Both the position numbers and the translations under genes were made by a program. From the human T2T-CHM13v2.0 reference genome, Homo sapiens: DNA of 64,000 bases. The stretch is from NCBI RefSeq assembly GCF_009914755.1, contig NC_060930.1; one strand, written 5' to 3'. Below the pieces are notes generated by a model that saw only the letters and a program-made list of their open reading frames with translations, did no database searches and had not been told where the DNA came from. Of the stretch, positions 52,441-64,000 are shown piece after piece (the stretch's first letter is position 1; the number at the start of each line of letters is the position of its first letter).

Positions 52441-54137
52441 CTTACATAGCTCAGATATTCTTGTGTCTTTACTAAGTCAAATCTCCCAGTAATTTTTCAA
52501 ATGCTAGCCAGCTGCAGTCTCTATAAAAGGCTTAGAGTATGGAACAAGCTGCAGTCACTTAAGCTGAAACTGGTCCTGAGATAGTAATTTACATGAATCA
52601 TGTTTCTTCTCCACCACCTGACATCCCCCACCTCACTCAGTTTCACATGGTTTAGGTTGCTTACCTAGTAGAACGACACACACCTTAATTCCTGAGGGAC
52701 TCAGCCATGATTTGCTGCACACTTTTTGTTGTTGGAATTGCTATTATTGCCTATATACAGTTATAACTGGACACAGAGTGCCCAATGCTGCCTCAGTGGA
52801 TCTCTTGGGTTCCAGATGTACTCTTTCCTGTCTCCATTATGCAGCAATTACCCTTGACAGTTTAGTAACTGTTCTTTGCCTGTTGCTCCACCAGTATAAG
52901 TGATGGTGACCAGGTGGTAGTCACAGCTTTAAGTGCATTGGAAGTCATGCTGCATGCCCTAGTGGAAGTGATTCCCCTAGAGACCAGAATATCTAGCTTG
53001 GCAGAAACTACATGTTCAGAGATGGGAAATACAGGTTCTGTAACTGGATTTATTTAAAATAATGGCAAGAAAGGCTCATGGGCAGCATCACTGGATCCCA
53101 GGACTCCTATACTGTAGCCATTGACATCATCTAGCAATCAGCATCACGTGTCAGCTGTGGGCTCAACATGGATATCCCATCCTGGAGCACGGCACCCAAA
53201 CCCAAGTTGAGTTCCCAAGAAGACTCCTTAATTAAGACTTTAATCGGCAATTTCGCTATTCTTAAGTGGCTGCTTATAAGTGATGTCTTACATGGCAGGG
53301 CCAATGAATACTGTGTCAAGACTAATAAGACACTCTTGATAATGGATCCTCTTGTGTAAGACATTGTTGTGAAGGCAGCATGCTGGTAATCAGGAATTTT
53401 GTAAGTCTGTAGATGGTAAGGCAAACATGGAGCTGCTATGAGTCTGATAAGGATATCCTGCAGGGTAGTAGGGTTCCATGATGATCAACTCACCATCAAG
53501 AGATTGCATCTTCTCTCTAAGGGATGCTGTCATTTAGAGGACTTAGCCTCATTCTCTCTCAGCATGTTTGTCATTCAGCTGTGGCTCTAGCAAAATCATA
53601 ATTGGCCAGAGGGTGCCCAGGCTATTGGGCACACGCATGGCTTCATGGTTCCTCAGTTCATTGGCTCACTGTTCTAGCGTTGTAGTAGCTGGCAAGTCAT
53701 ATGTGGGTGTTGAATGCTTGCTCTTTAAAAACTTTTTCTGGAGGATGTGATAAGAGAGTGGGCTTAAGATCCATTCCCATAGGTCCATCCACATGACTGC
53801 CCTAAGTTTTTGTTTCTGCTTTTCAATTTTTTTCCTTCTAATCTTATGATCAATCAGTCAAGACACTTACGCTGCCCAGAGTTTATATATATCTGTACCT
53901 CAGTTATTTCTCTCTCCATTCAAATTGAAAGACCACGTATATTTCTTGACGCTTTATTCACTGGGAGAATTTCCTTTCGTCGTCATCCTTTAAGTCTACC
54001 CCAAGTGAGATGGCCTGTAGCAGCAATCCTTTTTTGGCAAGAAGGCATATAACTAGCTGGCTTTTTCTTCAGAATAAGTCTGGGAGTTTTCCTTTTTAGT
54101 CAAAATTTTCAGGTGAGGGACTAAACATAAATTAAGT

Positions 54138-54442
54138 GGCTGGGATGGTGGGTGGCTCAGACCTATAATCCCAGCACTTTGGGAGGCCAAGGCAGTTGGA
54201 TCACTTGAGGCCAGGAGATCAAGACCAGCCTGGCCTACATGATGAAACCCTGTCTCTATTAAAAATACAAAAATGAGCTGGACATGGTCGTGGGTGCCTG
54301 TAATCCCAGCTACTCAGGAGGCTGAGGCACAAGAATCATTTGAACCTGGGAGACAGAGGTTGCAGTGAGCCAAGACTGCACCACTGCACTCTAGCCTGAA
54401 TGACAGGGCAAGACTGTCTCAAAAAAAAAATATATATATATA
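54138..54442 (+). mobile_element. AluS (Sz-like)
   Basis: ggatcacttgaggccaggag; full dimer with A/(TA)n tail. Confidence 0.93.
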
Positions 54443-57400
54443 TGGATTAAGCAAAAAGCATCATTTTTTAAAAGGCAGGTGCCATGGGAATCTAAACTAT
54501 CAGTTCCTGTGTTTTATTGTTTGTTTGTTTATTTTCTGGGTCTGCTCTGGCCTGATTCTGAATGTGCTGTTTCCACTGTGTAGTAGGTTCCTGCAGTTCT
54601 TGACTCAGTGTATGGGAAAATACCCAATTCATAATGAGGAGTTCTCACATACTTAATTGATGCCCCATGATGAAATACTAAGTGTTTCACTGAACCTAGC
54701 AGTATACCAGGAACCATGTTTCACTAATGATGTGTGGCTTTTCTTTATAGTGTACGTCCATAAAATGCATAAAAGAATCCAAAGATCTCCAAAAGGTGTT
54801 GTACCTCTTTCTTCATGGTGATAAGATAACAAGGAAAAACAATGGTTCTTTACTTTAGAAGAGATTTCTCAGAATGTCTTCCAGACAATTTAATCCCTAA
54901 AACCCACTGGTATTGCAGACTCTGAAATTTCATGTGGTTTTCTTCTCATCCTGTGGCACATATGACTTTCACCATGGCATTCAAAGTATTTGCCATTTCT
55001 TTCTTCACCAGTATAAGTGGTGGTGACCAGGTGGGAGTCATAGCTTCAAGTGCATTGAAAGCCATGCTACCACACATGGTAAACATTTATTACCATGAAT
55101 TGGTTTAGATCTGAAAATTGGGTAAAGGTTTGCCATTTTCCATTACAGCAGCTGATTTCAGTCTTTTACTAGCCATCGTTTGGAATTTTTAAATTAAGTA
55201 AGTCTAAAATCCTGGCTGTTCATCTATTTTGCACCTAGGAACACCATGGACTATCAGCCATCACCACAGATGCTTGAGGATCAAGGCAACCTGGTTGCTA
55301 CTTAGGCTGCTCTGTCCATCTCATTTATTGTATGGATTTTAATTCTGTGAGTTCAGTGCCACCTGGTCTTCACCTTTTCAGAAGCATTCACAGTATTAGG
55401 GAGCCCAGTTATATGATAGGATCTCCTATTGTCAACTTCAACCTACAAAGAACACCCATCACCAACTTGCACGTATACTTTTGCTATGTTCCTTATTTTC
55501 TTAGTGACATGTACGTTAGGTCCTTCCAGGGAACCTACTCAGATGGTGGGTTCCCTTGTATTACATAAAATCTCAATTTAAACATGCCTACCTCCTGAGC
55601 CCCTTGAACTACATACTAAGAAAAAGTGATTCCAGCATCCCCGCCTAGTTTACTGCCCACTGCTAGTGTATTCAAGTTTCAAGGAGACATCCTATCACCG
55701 CAGCATACTCAGCTCCCAGTGTGCTTTCAGGGAATTTAAACTCAGAGCCACATGAGCAGGTTTCCATGTGAAGACATTTTTATCTATTCATCCTTATATT
55801 TCACAATTCTCTGTTCAAGATCCACTCCTTATTACTTAGTGAAACATAATATCCCTAATTTGCAATTATTTTAGGGTTTTGATATTTCCTTGCAGAACAG
55901 GGATGACATCTTTCCATTTGGCCTATGTTGCAACTTGACTGTATGAATTAAGCTAGAAGTCATGATTAGAGCCGAAACTGGACTTGAGGAAGATGAGTAC
56001 CTTCATCTTGAGAAGAACCTACCTCAGGGGGTGGCTTTATAGGGATTCCAGGCATGGATATACAGCTCTCTTCTAGCAAGAAGGTTTCGGTGGAATCTAA
56101 GAATCCAAGACTCTCAGGCTCACCATCCCAAATGTTTCCATCCAGGTGCCAGGTGCTCTTTCTTCTCCTGGCACGTTTATATAGAAACCCCATAGAGGTA
56201 TTTAGTCTCCTTATTAGCTTTGCTACCCTCATAATTAAATCTAATATCTGCTTTATAGCACAACCTGCCCTGCAGCTGCAGGAGATAAAACCCTTTTGAA
56301 ATGTGGAGGCTTCTGGCTTTCACAGCATGTCTGAAGTTGATGATGATTAGATGAGGAACTGTTATTTTATTTCTACAAGATTTCTAAAGCAGTGAACAAA
56401 ATACAACCAATGTATAGATGCCATAGTTTCTACATTGTTCAACACCAGTCATGGTTACGTTCCACCTACAACTTACCCTAAACCGCCACTGGTGAGAATC
56501 CTAGTATTGCAATGCTATTAAATGTCAAGATTAATGTTATCACCTGGCTTACAGCCAGAAATGGCATCCTCATTGCCATACAGTCAGCGAGTAATCCAGT
56601 TCCAGAATCTCCTCTTAAAAGTCTGCTTTCTAGGATATTTCTACTACTGGTTGGCCTAGCCTTGGTATGCTCCTTGCCAAAAACAGAGCCTGAGCCATTA
56701 GCTTGTGTGCAGATTGTTTGGGAAGTGATTACAGGGAAATAGGAGGTTGAAATGAGGAGCAAGGAAAAGCCAACAGTATGCATCATTCATCTGATCATTG
56801 TTGAGGGCAGCTAAGACTCAAACCTACGAAGACTGCCTGAAAAGCTGTACAGAATGAGCCTCAAACTTGTGCTTCTAAGGGAGAGAAGGGAGGGGCAGTT
56901 TTCCATCTGATTCCTTTCCCATTGCTCAGGATTGCTCCATGGGCCATTAACTCTCCATCACTTCCCTTGTGCATGCATAAGTTTAGTGAACTTCTGCATG
57001 ATTCCCCTGCTACAGCATCAGGGGGGACTTGGTGTAGAAAACTATATGTAGAGCTGCGGTAGGGTGCCAAAAAGCTGATTGTCATAGTCATGGTCTGAGT
57101 AAAAAGTAAGCCAATGAGGGGTGAAATCTGATCCATTAGCAAAGTTATGTTTTATATTATTATTTATTAAAGGGGTTTATACTAATCAATAAAAATTAGG
57201 ATACTGTCCTTTGAGGTTCTTTCAGGATCTGTATTTTCAATCCCTCTTAGGGTCTGAAGTGCTGTCTATTTGTGTAAAGAAAGTTTGGGTGACTGGTGTA
57301 TGTGTAAGTGCTGGTGTATTACAGTTCAGATTATTATCCTGTAGTCTGAAGTCAAGAGGAACAGAATCCTGAATTATTCAATCTTTAACCAAGCAAGTCG

Positions 57401-58262
57401 AAGTCTAATGTGTTTATCTGGCAAATGAGCTCATGCAGGTTAAGTGTTTGCCAAAAAAAATCACACATTACATTAATGTCAGGTCCAGGAACATGGCCCT
57501 GGCCGTGTGACTCTACATATGATCGTTTCCCCACCATTCCATGTCATTCTTTCTACCCAGGGTAGGATCATGTGGTTCCTGATAGTAAAATATTGACATT
57601 TCCTAACTGTAACTTTGCAAATAATAAAATGAGGATCAGTGAGTTTCTCAATAATATAATTCTTATTGAATTCACCGAGACAATTTCTCTGGGGGACTGG
57701 CAAGGGGAATTTGGGGAATAGGCAAATATATATGAACAGCTGTTCTTACTAGAAAAAAATTCAGAGACGCTAAACTCATTCCATCTTAAAATTAAATCTT
57801 TTTCTTCGAGGCTGTATAAACTAACTATTCCTGATGAGATAAATTATTCCAATGAAATTTCTACTACTGATCCAGATCTGTTGTTAATATGTTGGGATAA
57901 CAATCACTTAGATTTATTTGCCCATGAGCAAGACCATATGTGAAATATGTATAATGTGATTTTTCCTTTTTGATAATTACTCTTATATAATTTCCTACTT
58001 TCATCTATCTTTTGCTACACTGATGTGCACCCATTTCACGTGCTGTAGTAACATTGAATGTTTATGTGTTTCCTATCTCTGCTATTGTAATTGCTCTTCC
58101 CTGAAACAAAGCCTGTTCTTAGAGCCTATGACAGCATTTTATTAAGTGTCCGTGGTATAATAAAAATTATTTCTGATGTTTTCCCCCAGTTCGTGATACA
58201 CAGCAAAAACCCCCAGAATTCCCTGAGTGACAGAAGTATCTTTTGTTATTCATAATGAGTCC

Positions 58263-58520
58263 TGTATTAGTCAGCGTTCTCTAAGGGGACAGAACTAATG
58301 AAATACATATATATATATATGTATTTTCATATATATTTATATATGATATATATGTATTTTTATATATGTATTTATATATGATATATATGTATTTATATAT
58401 GTATTTATATATATGATATATATATTTATATATATGTATTTATATATAATATATATGTGTATTTATATATGTATTTATATATGATATATATATGTATTTA
58501 TATATGTATTATTTATATAT

Positions 58521-58585
<65 letters not shown>

Positions 58586-58970
58586 GGGGAGTTTATTAAG
58601 TATTAGCTCACATGATCAGAGGGTCCCACAATAGGCCTTCTGCAGGCTGAGGAGCAAGGAGAGCCAGTCCAAGTTCCAACTGAAGAACTTGGAGTCCGAT
58701 GTTCAAGGGCAGGAAGCATCCAGCATGGGAGAAAGATGTAGGCTGGGAGGCTACACCAGTCTCTACTCTCACATGTTTCTGCTAGTTTATATTCTAGCGG
58801 CGCTGGCAGCTGATTAGATTGTGCCCACCCAGATTAAGGGTGGGTCTGCCTTTCCCAGCTCACTGACTCAAATGTTAATCCCTTTAGGCAACACCCTCGA
58901 AGACACACCCAGGATCAATACTTTGTATCTTTCAATCCAATCAAGTTGACATTTGGTATTAACCATCACA
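58263..58970 (-). mobile_element. MLT2A1 solo LTR
   Basis: Reverse complement of the HERV-L LTR (tgtattagtc...aaccatcaca); TSD agtcc/agccc. Confidence 0.93.
58303..58582. repeat. (TA)-rich minisatellite + (CT)n + (TA)n inside MLT2A1
   Basis: Seen directly. Confidence 0.95.
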
Positions 58971-59409
58971 AGCCCCTTCAGAGGATACGTGAGTTGATGC
59001 TAATGAGGTGACTTGGGGTGAGCCCTTAGTTTCCCAATAGCATTCCAATGTAGCTCATTTATTCTGTTCTTGCAATACACTTCATTAGAGAGTTGGAACT
59101 TTCAGCCTCATCCCCTGATGGAGGGAGGAGATGAAGATTTACATCACATGGTCAGTGATGTAATTGATCATGCCTATGTAATGAATCCCACATAAAAACT
59201 CCAATGAAGCTTGGAGAGCTGCCTGGTTGGTGAACATATGGATATACTGGGAAGGGGGTGCATTCCACAGAAGCTCCTATGCTTGGGACCCTCCAAGTCT
59301 CATCCTGCCTTTTCCATTTAGCTATTCCTGAGTTGTCTCCTTTATTACAAAACTGTAAGTGTAAGTACAGTGCTTCCAGTGAGTTCTGTGAATCATTCCA
59401 GTGAATTAT

Positions 59410-59829
59410 CGTATTAGGCCATTCTTGCACTGCTATAAAGAAGTACCTGGGACTGGGTAATTTATAAAGAAGAGAGGTTTAATTGGCTCAGAGTTCTGCA
59501 GGCTTTACAGGAAGCATGGCGGCATCTGTTTCTGGGGAGGCCTCGGAAAGCTTCCAATTATGGCAGAAGGCAAAAGGGAAGTAGCCATCTCATATGGCAG
59601 GGGCAGGAGCAAGGTGGGAGGGGAGGTGCCACACACTTTTAAATGACCAGATTTCACGAGAACTCATTCACTATCACAAGGACAGGGCCAAGGCGATGGT
59701 GCTAAACTATTCATGAGGAATCCACCCCCATGAGCCAATCACCTCCCACCAGGCCCCACCTCCAACACTGGGGATTACAATTCAACATGAGATTTGAGTG
59801 GGGTGGCGACAAGTATCCAAAGTCTATCA
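59410..59829 (-). mobile_element. MSTA-type MaLR solo LTR
   Basis: gtattaggccattcttgcactgctataaagaagtacctg...ccaatcacctcccaccaggccccacctccaacactgggg; TSD attat/tttat. Confidence 0.9.
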
Positions 59830-60187
59830 TTTATGTAACCTGAAGAGGGATTCTGAAAACCCTGAATTTGTAGCCATGGCGGGCTGAAGGGTGGGTGATT
59901 TAGGGATATGTAAGACTTGTAGCTTGTATCTTAAGTGGGAACAGTCATGTAAGATTGAGCCCTTAATTTGTGGGGATCTGCATTAACTCTGATTAGTATC
60001 AGAATTGAATTGCATAGCAGGACGCCCCCCATGACAGTTATAAAATTAGTGTTGGAATGTAGTACCACTTATTCTATAAATTACCTGTCTGGCATCATGG
60101 TGCCATCACCTGGAATATTTAAGTAACCTTATGGCTCTGAAATTCTTTGACTTTCTTAGATATAGTCAAAGCTAAGTCTTTTAGGTT

Positions 60188-60484
60188 ATTTATTTATTTA
60201 TTTTTAGACGAAATTGCACTCTGTCGCCCAGTCTGGAGTGCAGTGGCGTGATCTCGGCTCACTGCAACCTCTGCCTCCCGGGTTCGAGCAATTCTCTGCC
60301 TCAGCCTCCCAAGTAGCTGAGATTACAGGCACCCGCCACCACACCCAGCTAGTTTTTTGTATTTTTAGTAGAGACTGGGTTTCACCATCTTGGGCAGGCT
60401 AGTCTTGATCTCCTGACCTTATGATCCACCTGCCTTGGCCTCCCAAAGTGCTGGGATTACAGGCGTGAGCCACCACACCCAGCC
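60188..60484 (-). mobile_element. AluS (Sx3/Sg-like)
   Basis: Full antisense dimer; TSD gtcttttaggtt/gtctttcaggtt. Confidence 0.95.
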
Positions 60485-60683
60485 GTCTTTCAGGTTTTTA
60501 ATCATCTCAGGATTGTTAGTTAGGGGAGCATTTAGTTTTAAGGAAAACCAGAAAGATAATTGTGTTATTACCTACTGTGAAACACTGGTCTCAGACAGGC
60601 TTCAGTTGGGTCTTTCTCACCCTAGAAGCTAGAACTAGTCTTTTCATCAAGTGTGGGATTTCATCTGTTCATTCTTTGGATGG

Positions 60684-61055
60684 TGTTTTAGTCCATTCAT
60701 GCTGCTATTACAAAGTACCTGATACTGGATAATTTGTACAAAACAGAACCTTATTTTCTCACAGCTCTGGAGACTGAGAAGTCCAAGATCAAGGCGTCAA
60801 CAGATTCAGTGTCTGGTGAAGGCTGCTCTGCTTCTGAGAGGTGCTCTGTTACTGCGTCCTTACTTGGCAGAACGCAGAAGGCAAAGGCCTTGCTAGTTCC
60901 TTGGAGTCCTTTTGTAAAGTGGTAATCCCATTCATGAGGGCTCCACCCTTAGGACTTAATCACCTCCCAAATGCCCCACCTCTTTATACTGTCATATTAG
61001 GCCTTGGGTTTCAACATGAATTGTTTGGAGGGACACAAACCTTCAAACCATAGCA
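60684..61055 (-). mobile_element. MLT1A-type MaLR solo LTR
   Basis: tgttttagtccattcatgctgct...aagtccaagatcaagg...aatcccattcatgagggctccaccc...caaaccatagca. Confidence 0.88.
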
Positions 61056-62699
61056 GGTAGCTGTGATTTCCTAGACATTATCTGGTGGATAGAATTTTGA
61101 CACATTAGTAAAATTTACCACTTCTATGATAATCTGACTATTGTAGGAAAACATGTAAGTTCTTCCCCTGGAAAATCAATAATAAAGTTTAAATCTTGGC
61201 AACATCACTGAGCTATCCATACTAGAATGATGTCAACAGATGATATTTGTAATTATAAAGCAATAATGTCAAATTTGCTATCAGAAGTGGATAACTTATT
61301 TGAGTTTTCTTTTCAATCCTATTTGGAAATATTAAACATTAAATATAGTGAGGGGAAACAGAAAAATTTGTAAATTGGACAAAGGTAAATGTTAAAGATA
61401 TCCACACATACAGCTTATAAAGTATTAATATATGCATCACTTAGTATGCTTTGGGTTCAGGAAGAGATGCTTGGATACTAATGAATATGTGTGAGGAGGG
61501 CAGGGGGTGCCTCCAACACTGTGTAGAATAAGTTGATATGGACAGCTTCTATTCCAATATAGCCATAGAACAAACAAAAAGAAATAATAGCTAAACCTCC
61601 TTGCTTATGTGTTGCATCTGCAATATTTATAAGTAAACAAATGAGCAAAAATAAAACCCAGCTTATCTCAAAAACATGGAGAGGAAGAATTGCCATGTGC
61701 CAGAAAGAAAGTGAAAACTCAAAGCTGACTTAGAAAAGAGAGGGGGCTGGAACCATAGTTGATAATGGAGGTTAAGTATTGTAAACCCATGTAGGAATGG
61801 GGACACCATCTTAAGCCTTCATAATCTTGGAACTAGACCCACAGAAAAAAAGCCTAGTACTTCAAAAGTTTTGTCCATATATGAAACAGGCACTATAAAT
61901 GTTTTGTTTGGAAACTTTCCTACATAAAGCAATGGTGGGCTCAGTAATTTGAACCAATCCTTTCACCAAGGACAACTAAAAACTCTGTATGTAATGTTTT
62001 ATTTAAAATACTTTTAAAAGCTTCAAAAATCATACAAGACAGTGACAAATTACCTGGCCAATGTTCAAAGAGAAGGTGAGAATCCAGAGAGAAGCCCAGC
62101 ATTCCGACCTGCTTTTGCATTGAGGGAAACTGTCGATTTGGAAATGATACCCGAAAAACTGAGATGTAAAGGAGCCTGTCCAACTCAGGGAGGGTTAATC
62201 TTGCTCTCCCCAACTAATAATATGAGAACCAAAATGTCAATATACCCCAAAAAGTGCCCCCGCAAGTTAAAGCAGTCCTAAGGGGGTTTTGCGTGAAATC
62301 TCAAGGCTTGAACTTTGATTAAGCTAGTTCGAGATTGTTTATACCAATCGAAGTAACTTAAAGTCTACTCAGAAAGAAGATCTGTCATCCTCGGCCTCAG
62401 ATTATTAGTAAAAATGATTATTCAATTGTAATGATCTAGCACTTATGGAAGCAACACCCTGTGATAGAGAATCATCATAAACAAAATGTAACAACAATAA
62501 TTATAACAACTTTGGATATTGCAATTATCAGCACAGATCAGAAAGCATCTATTTGTACTATGTGCAGATAAATATTATGTAAACTTTCCAAAGCAGAAAA
62601 TTGGTAACCATAAAATGTTACAGAGCGGATTAAAGAAAAACTAGAATTTTTAGTTTGAAATGAAAATTATTATGTGAAAAGAGACCCTGAATATTCTAC

Positions 62700-63185
62700 T
62701 GAATGGAAGCAGATTGATGAAACTGTTGAGCTACAAACACATACTACCTTTCAAGTAAGAGAAAGGGAGACTCAAGGGGTAAAAAGGAAAATCCAGAGGG
62801 TGGAACCATGAATGTGGACAGTAGAGCTGAGAGCCACAGAGGATTAATCCCAGAGACCTAAAAGAGGTTGATAAATGGATTTCAGAACTACCTTGGGCTG
62901 GTGACTTCTTTTCACTTTCCACATACCTTCCTTTTGAATGAAATGTCCATAATTATTATTCTATGCCTGTCTTGCCATTGCATTGGGAAAATATTGATAA
63001 CAGATAACTTTTGCTTTAGCTTTTCAGGTCTACAGATGAATCCGCATCATAGCCCACAATGAATGAGACTGATGAACCTCTTTAACACCTCATTTAGATG
63101 AGATTTAGTACTTTTAAACGAATGACATTTAGATGAGATTTTGGACTTTCAGCTGATGTTGTAATGGGATGAGACTTTGGTGGAC
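62700..63185 (+). mobile_element. MLT1-type MaLR internal 3' fragment
   Basis: ggatttcagaactaccttggg...ctatgcctgtcttgccattg...gattttggactttcagctgatgttgtaatgggatgagactttgg. Confidence 0.65.
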
Positions 63186-63226
63186 TGTTATCAATTAGGA
63201 TTTCACCAGAACAAACCAGTAGGAGA

Positions 63227-63369
63227 CTGTGTGTGTGTGTCTGTGTGTGTGTGTCTGTGTGTGTAATAATATGTATTATATGTATGTAAATATATGTAAT
63301 ACATATGTCATATATGTAATTGATAGTAGGTAGGTAGATAGCTAGCTAGCTAGATACATACATACATAC

Positions 63370-63436
<67 letters not shown>
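63227..63436. repeat. Compound STR (TG)n...(TACA)n(TAGA)n(CAGA)n
   Basis: Seen directly. Confidence 0.95.
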
Positions 63437-63943
63437 TGTTGGGAACAGGCCCCCCAAAATCTGGCCATAAACTGGCCCCAAAACTGGCCATAAACAAAAT
63501 CTCTGCAGCACTGTGACATGTTTGTGATGGCCACGATGCCCACGCTGGAAGGTTGTGGGTTTACCAGAATGAGGGCAAGGAACACCTGGCCCACTCAGGG
63601 CAGAAAACCACTTAAAGGTGTTCTTAAACCACAAACAATAGCATGAACGATCTGTGCCTTAAGGACATGCTCCTGCTGCAGATAACTAGCCAAACCCATC
63701 CCTTTACTTCAGCCCATCCCTTTATTTCCTGTAAGGAATACTTTTAGTTAATCTATAATCTATGGAAACAATGCTTATCACTGGCTTGCTGTCAATAAAT
63801 ATGTGGTTAAATCTCTGTTCATGGCTCTCAGCTCTAAAGGCTGTGAGACCCCTGATTTCCCACTCCACACCTCTATATTTTTGTGTGTGTGTCTTTAATT
63901 CCTCTAGTGCTGCTGGGTCTCCATGACCAAGCTGGTCTCGGCA
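63437..63943 (+). mobile_element. MER9 solo LTR (HERV-K/HML-3)
   Basis: tgttgggaacaggccccccaaaatctggccataaactggcccc...aataaa...gctggtctcggca; 6-bp TSD cagaca/tagaca. Confidence 0.92.
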
Positions 63944-64000
63944 TAGACAGATTTCTTGCAATTTACAGTTGTGGGGATTAACTAGGCAAGTCCAAAATCC

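Larger units (their letters stand above)
50570..57140 (-). mobile_element. Ancient ERVL provirus with LTR33-like LTRs (~50570-51930 and ~56660-57140)
   Basis: Minus-strand pol remnants: EMANTLNAMVKVICATG*EENHMKFQ (RT, ~54920-55000); LKL*LPPGH, EQQAK, LLHNGDRKEYIWNPRDPL (dUTPase, ~52790-52990); two similar LTR-like ends. Confidence 0.75.
58152..60065 (+). mobile_element. MER21C-like LTR hosting two nested LTRs
   Basis: atgctaatgaggtgact, ttagagagttggaactttcagcc, gatcatgcctatgtaatga, tgagttctgtga, cagaattgaattg motifs. Confidence 0.8.
63186..64000 (-). mobile_element. MLT2C/D-type LTR (runs off the window), hosting an STR and MER9
   Basis: ttaggatttcaccagaacaaaccagtaggaga ... gttgtgggg...ctaggcaagtccaaaatcc. 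Confidence 0.6.

Noticed and set aside
50570-57140. Initial reading as a MaLR (MLT1) element that retained pol
   Set aside because: The LTR ends fit LTR33-like ERVL LTRs better, so pol and dUTPase are expected.

Overview
AT-rich primate (human-like) genomic DNA, intronic or intergenic and dominated by transposable elements. No cellular multi-exon protein-coding gene, RNA gene, CpG island or CRISPR array can be supported. The centrepiece is a full-length, defective HERV-L provirus (24629-31709, + strand): two MLT2A1 LTRs, a GTATG target-site duplication (TSD), a tRNA-Leu primer-binding site, and gag-pro-pol-dUTPase with no env. It is inserted into an old L1. A second, older ERVL provirus with LTR33-like LTRs lies on the - strand (~50570-57140), and one of its LTRs carries three nested LTRs. 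An LTR40 LTR is directly preceded by a decayed gamma-type env TM region (~34890-35340, -). The rest is Alus, L1/L2/MIR fragments, MaLR LTRs, DNA-transposon relics and microsatellites. The most unusual signals are several short locally templated copies (31514-31640, 34147-34259, 55006-55068, 9287-9430), a tail-to-tail Alu fusion with a palindromic junction, an apparently repeat-free block holding a candidate 21-nt microexon (19345-19365), and a nested-stem element at 10920-11039. I found no convincing new biological system. Repeat family names come from recall of consensus sequences, not from a database search, and many boundaries are approximate.
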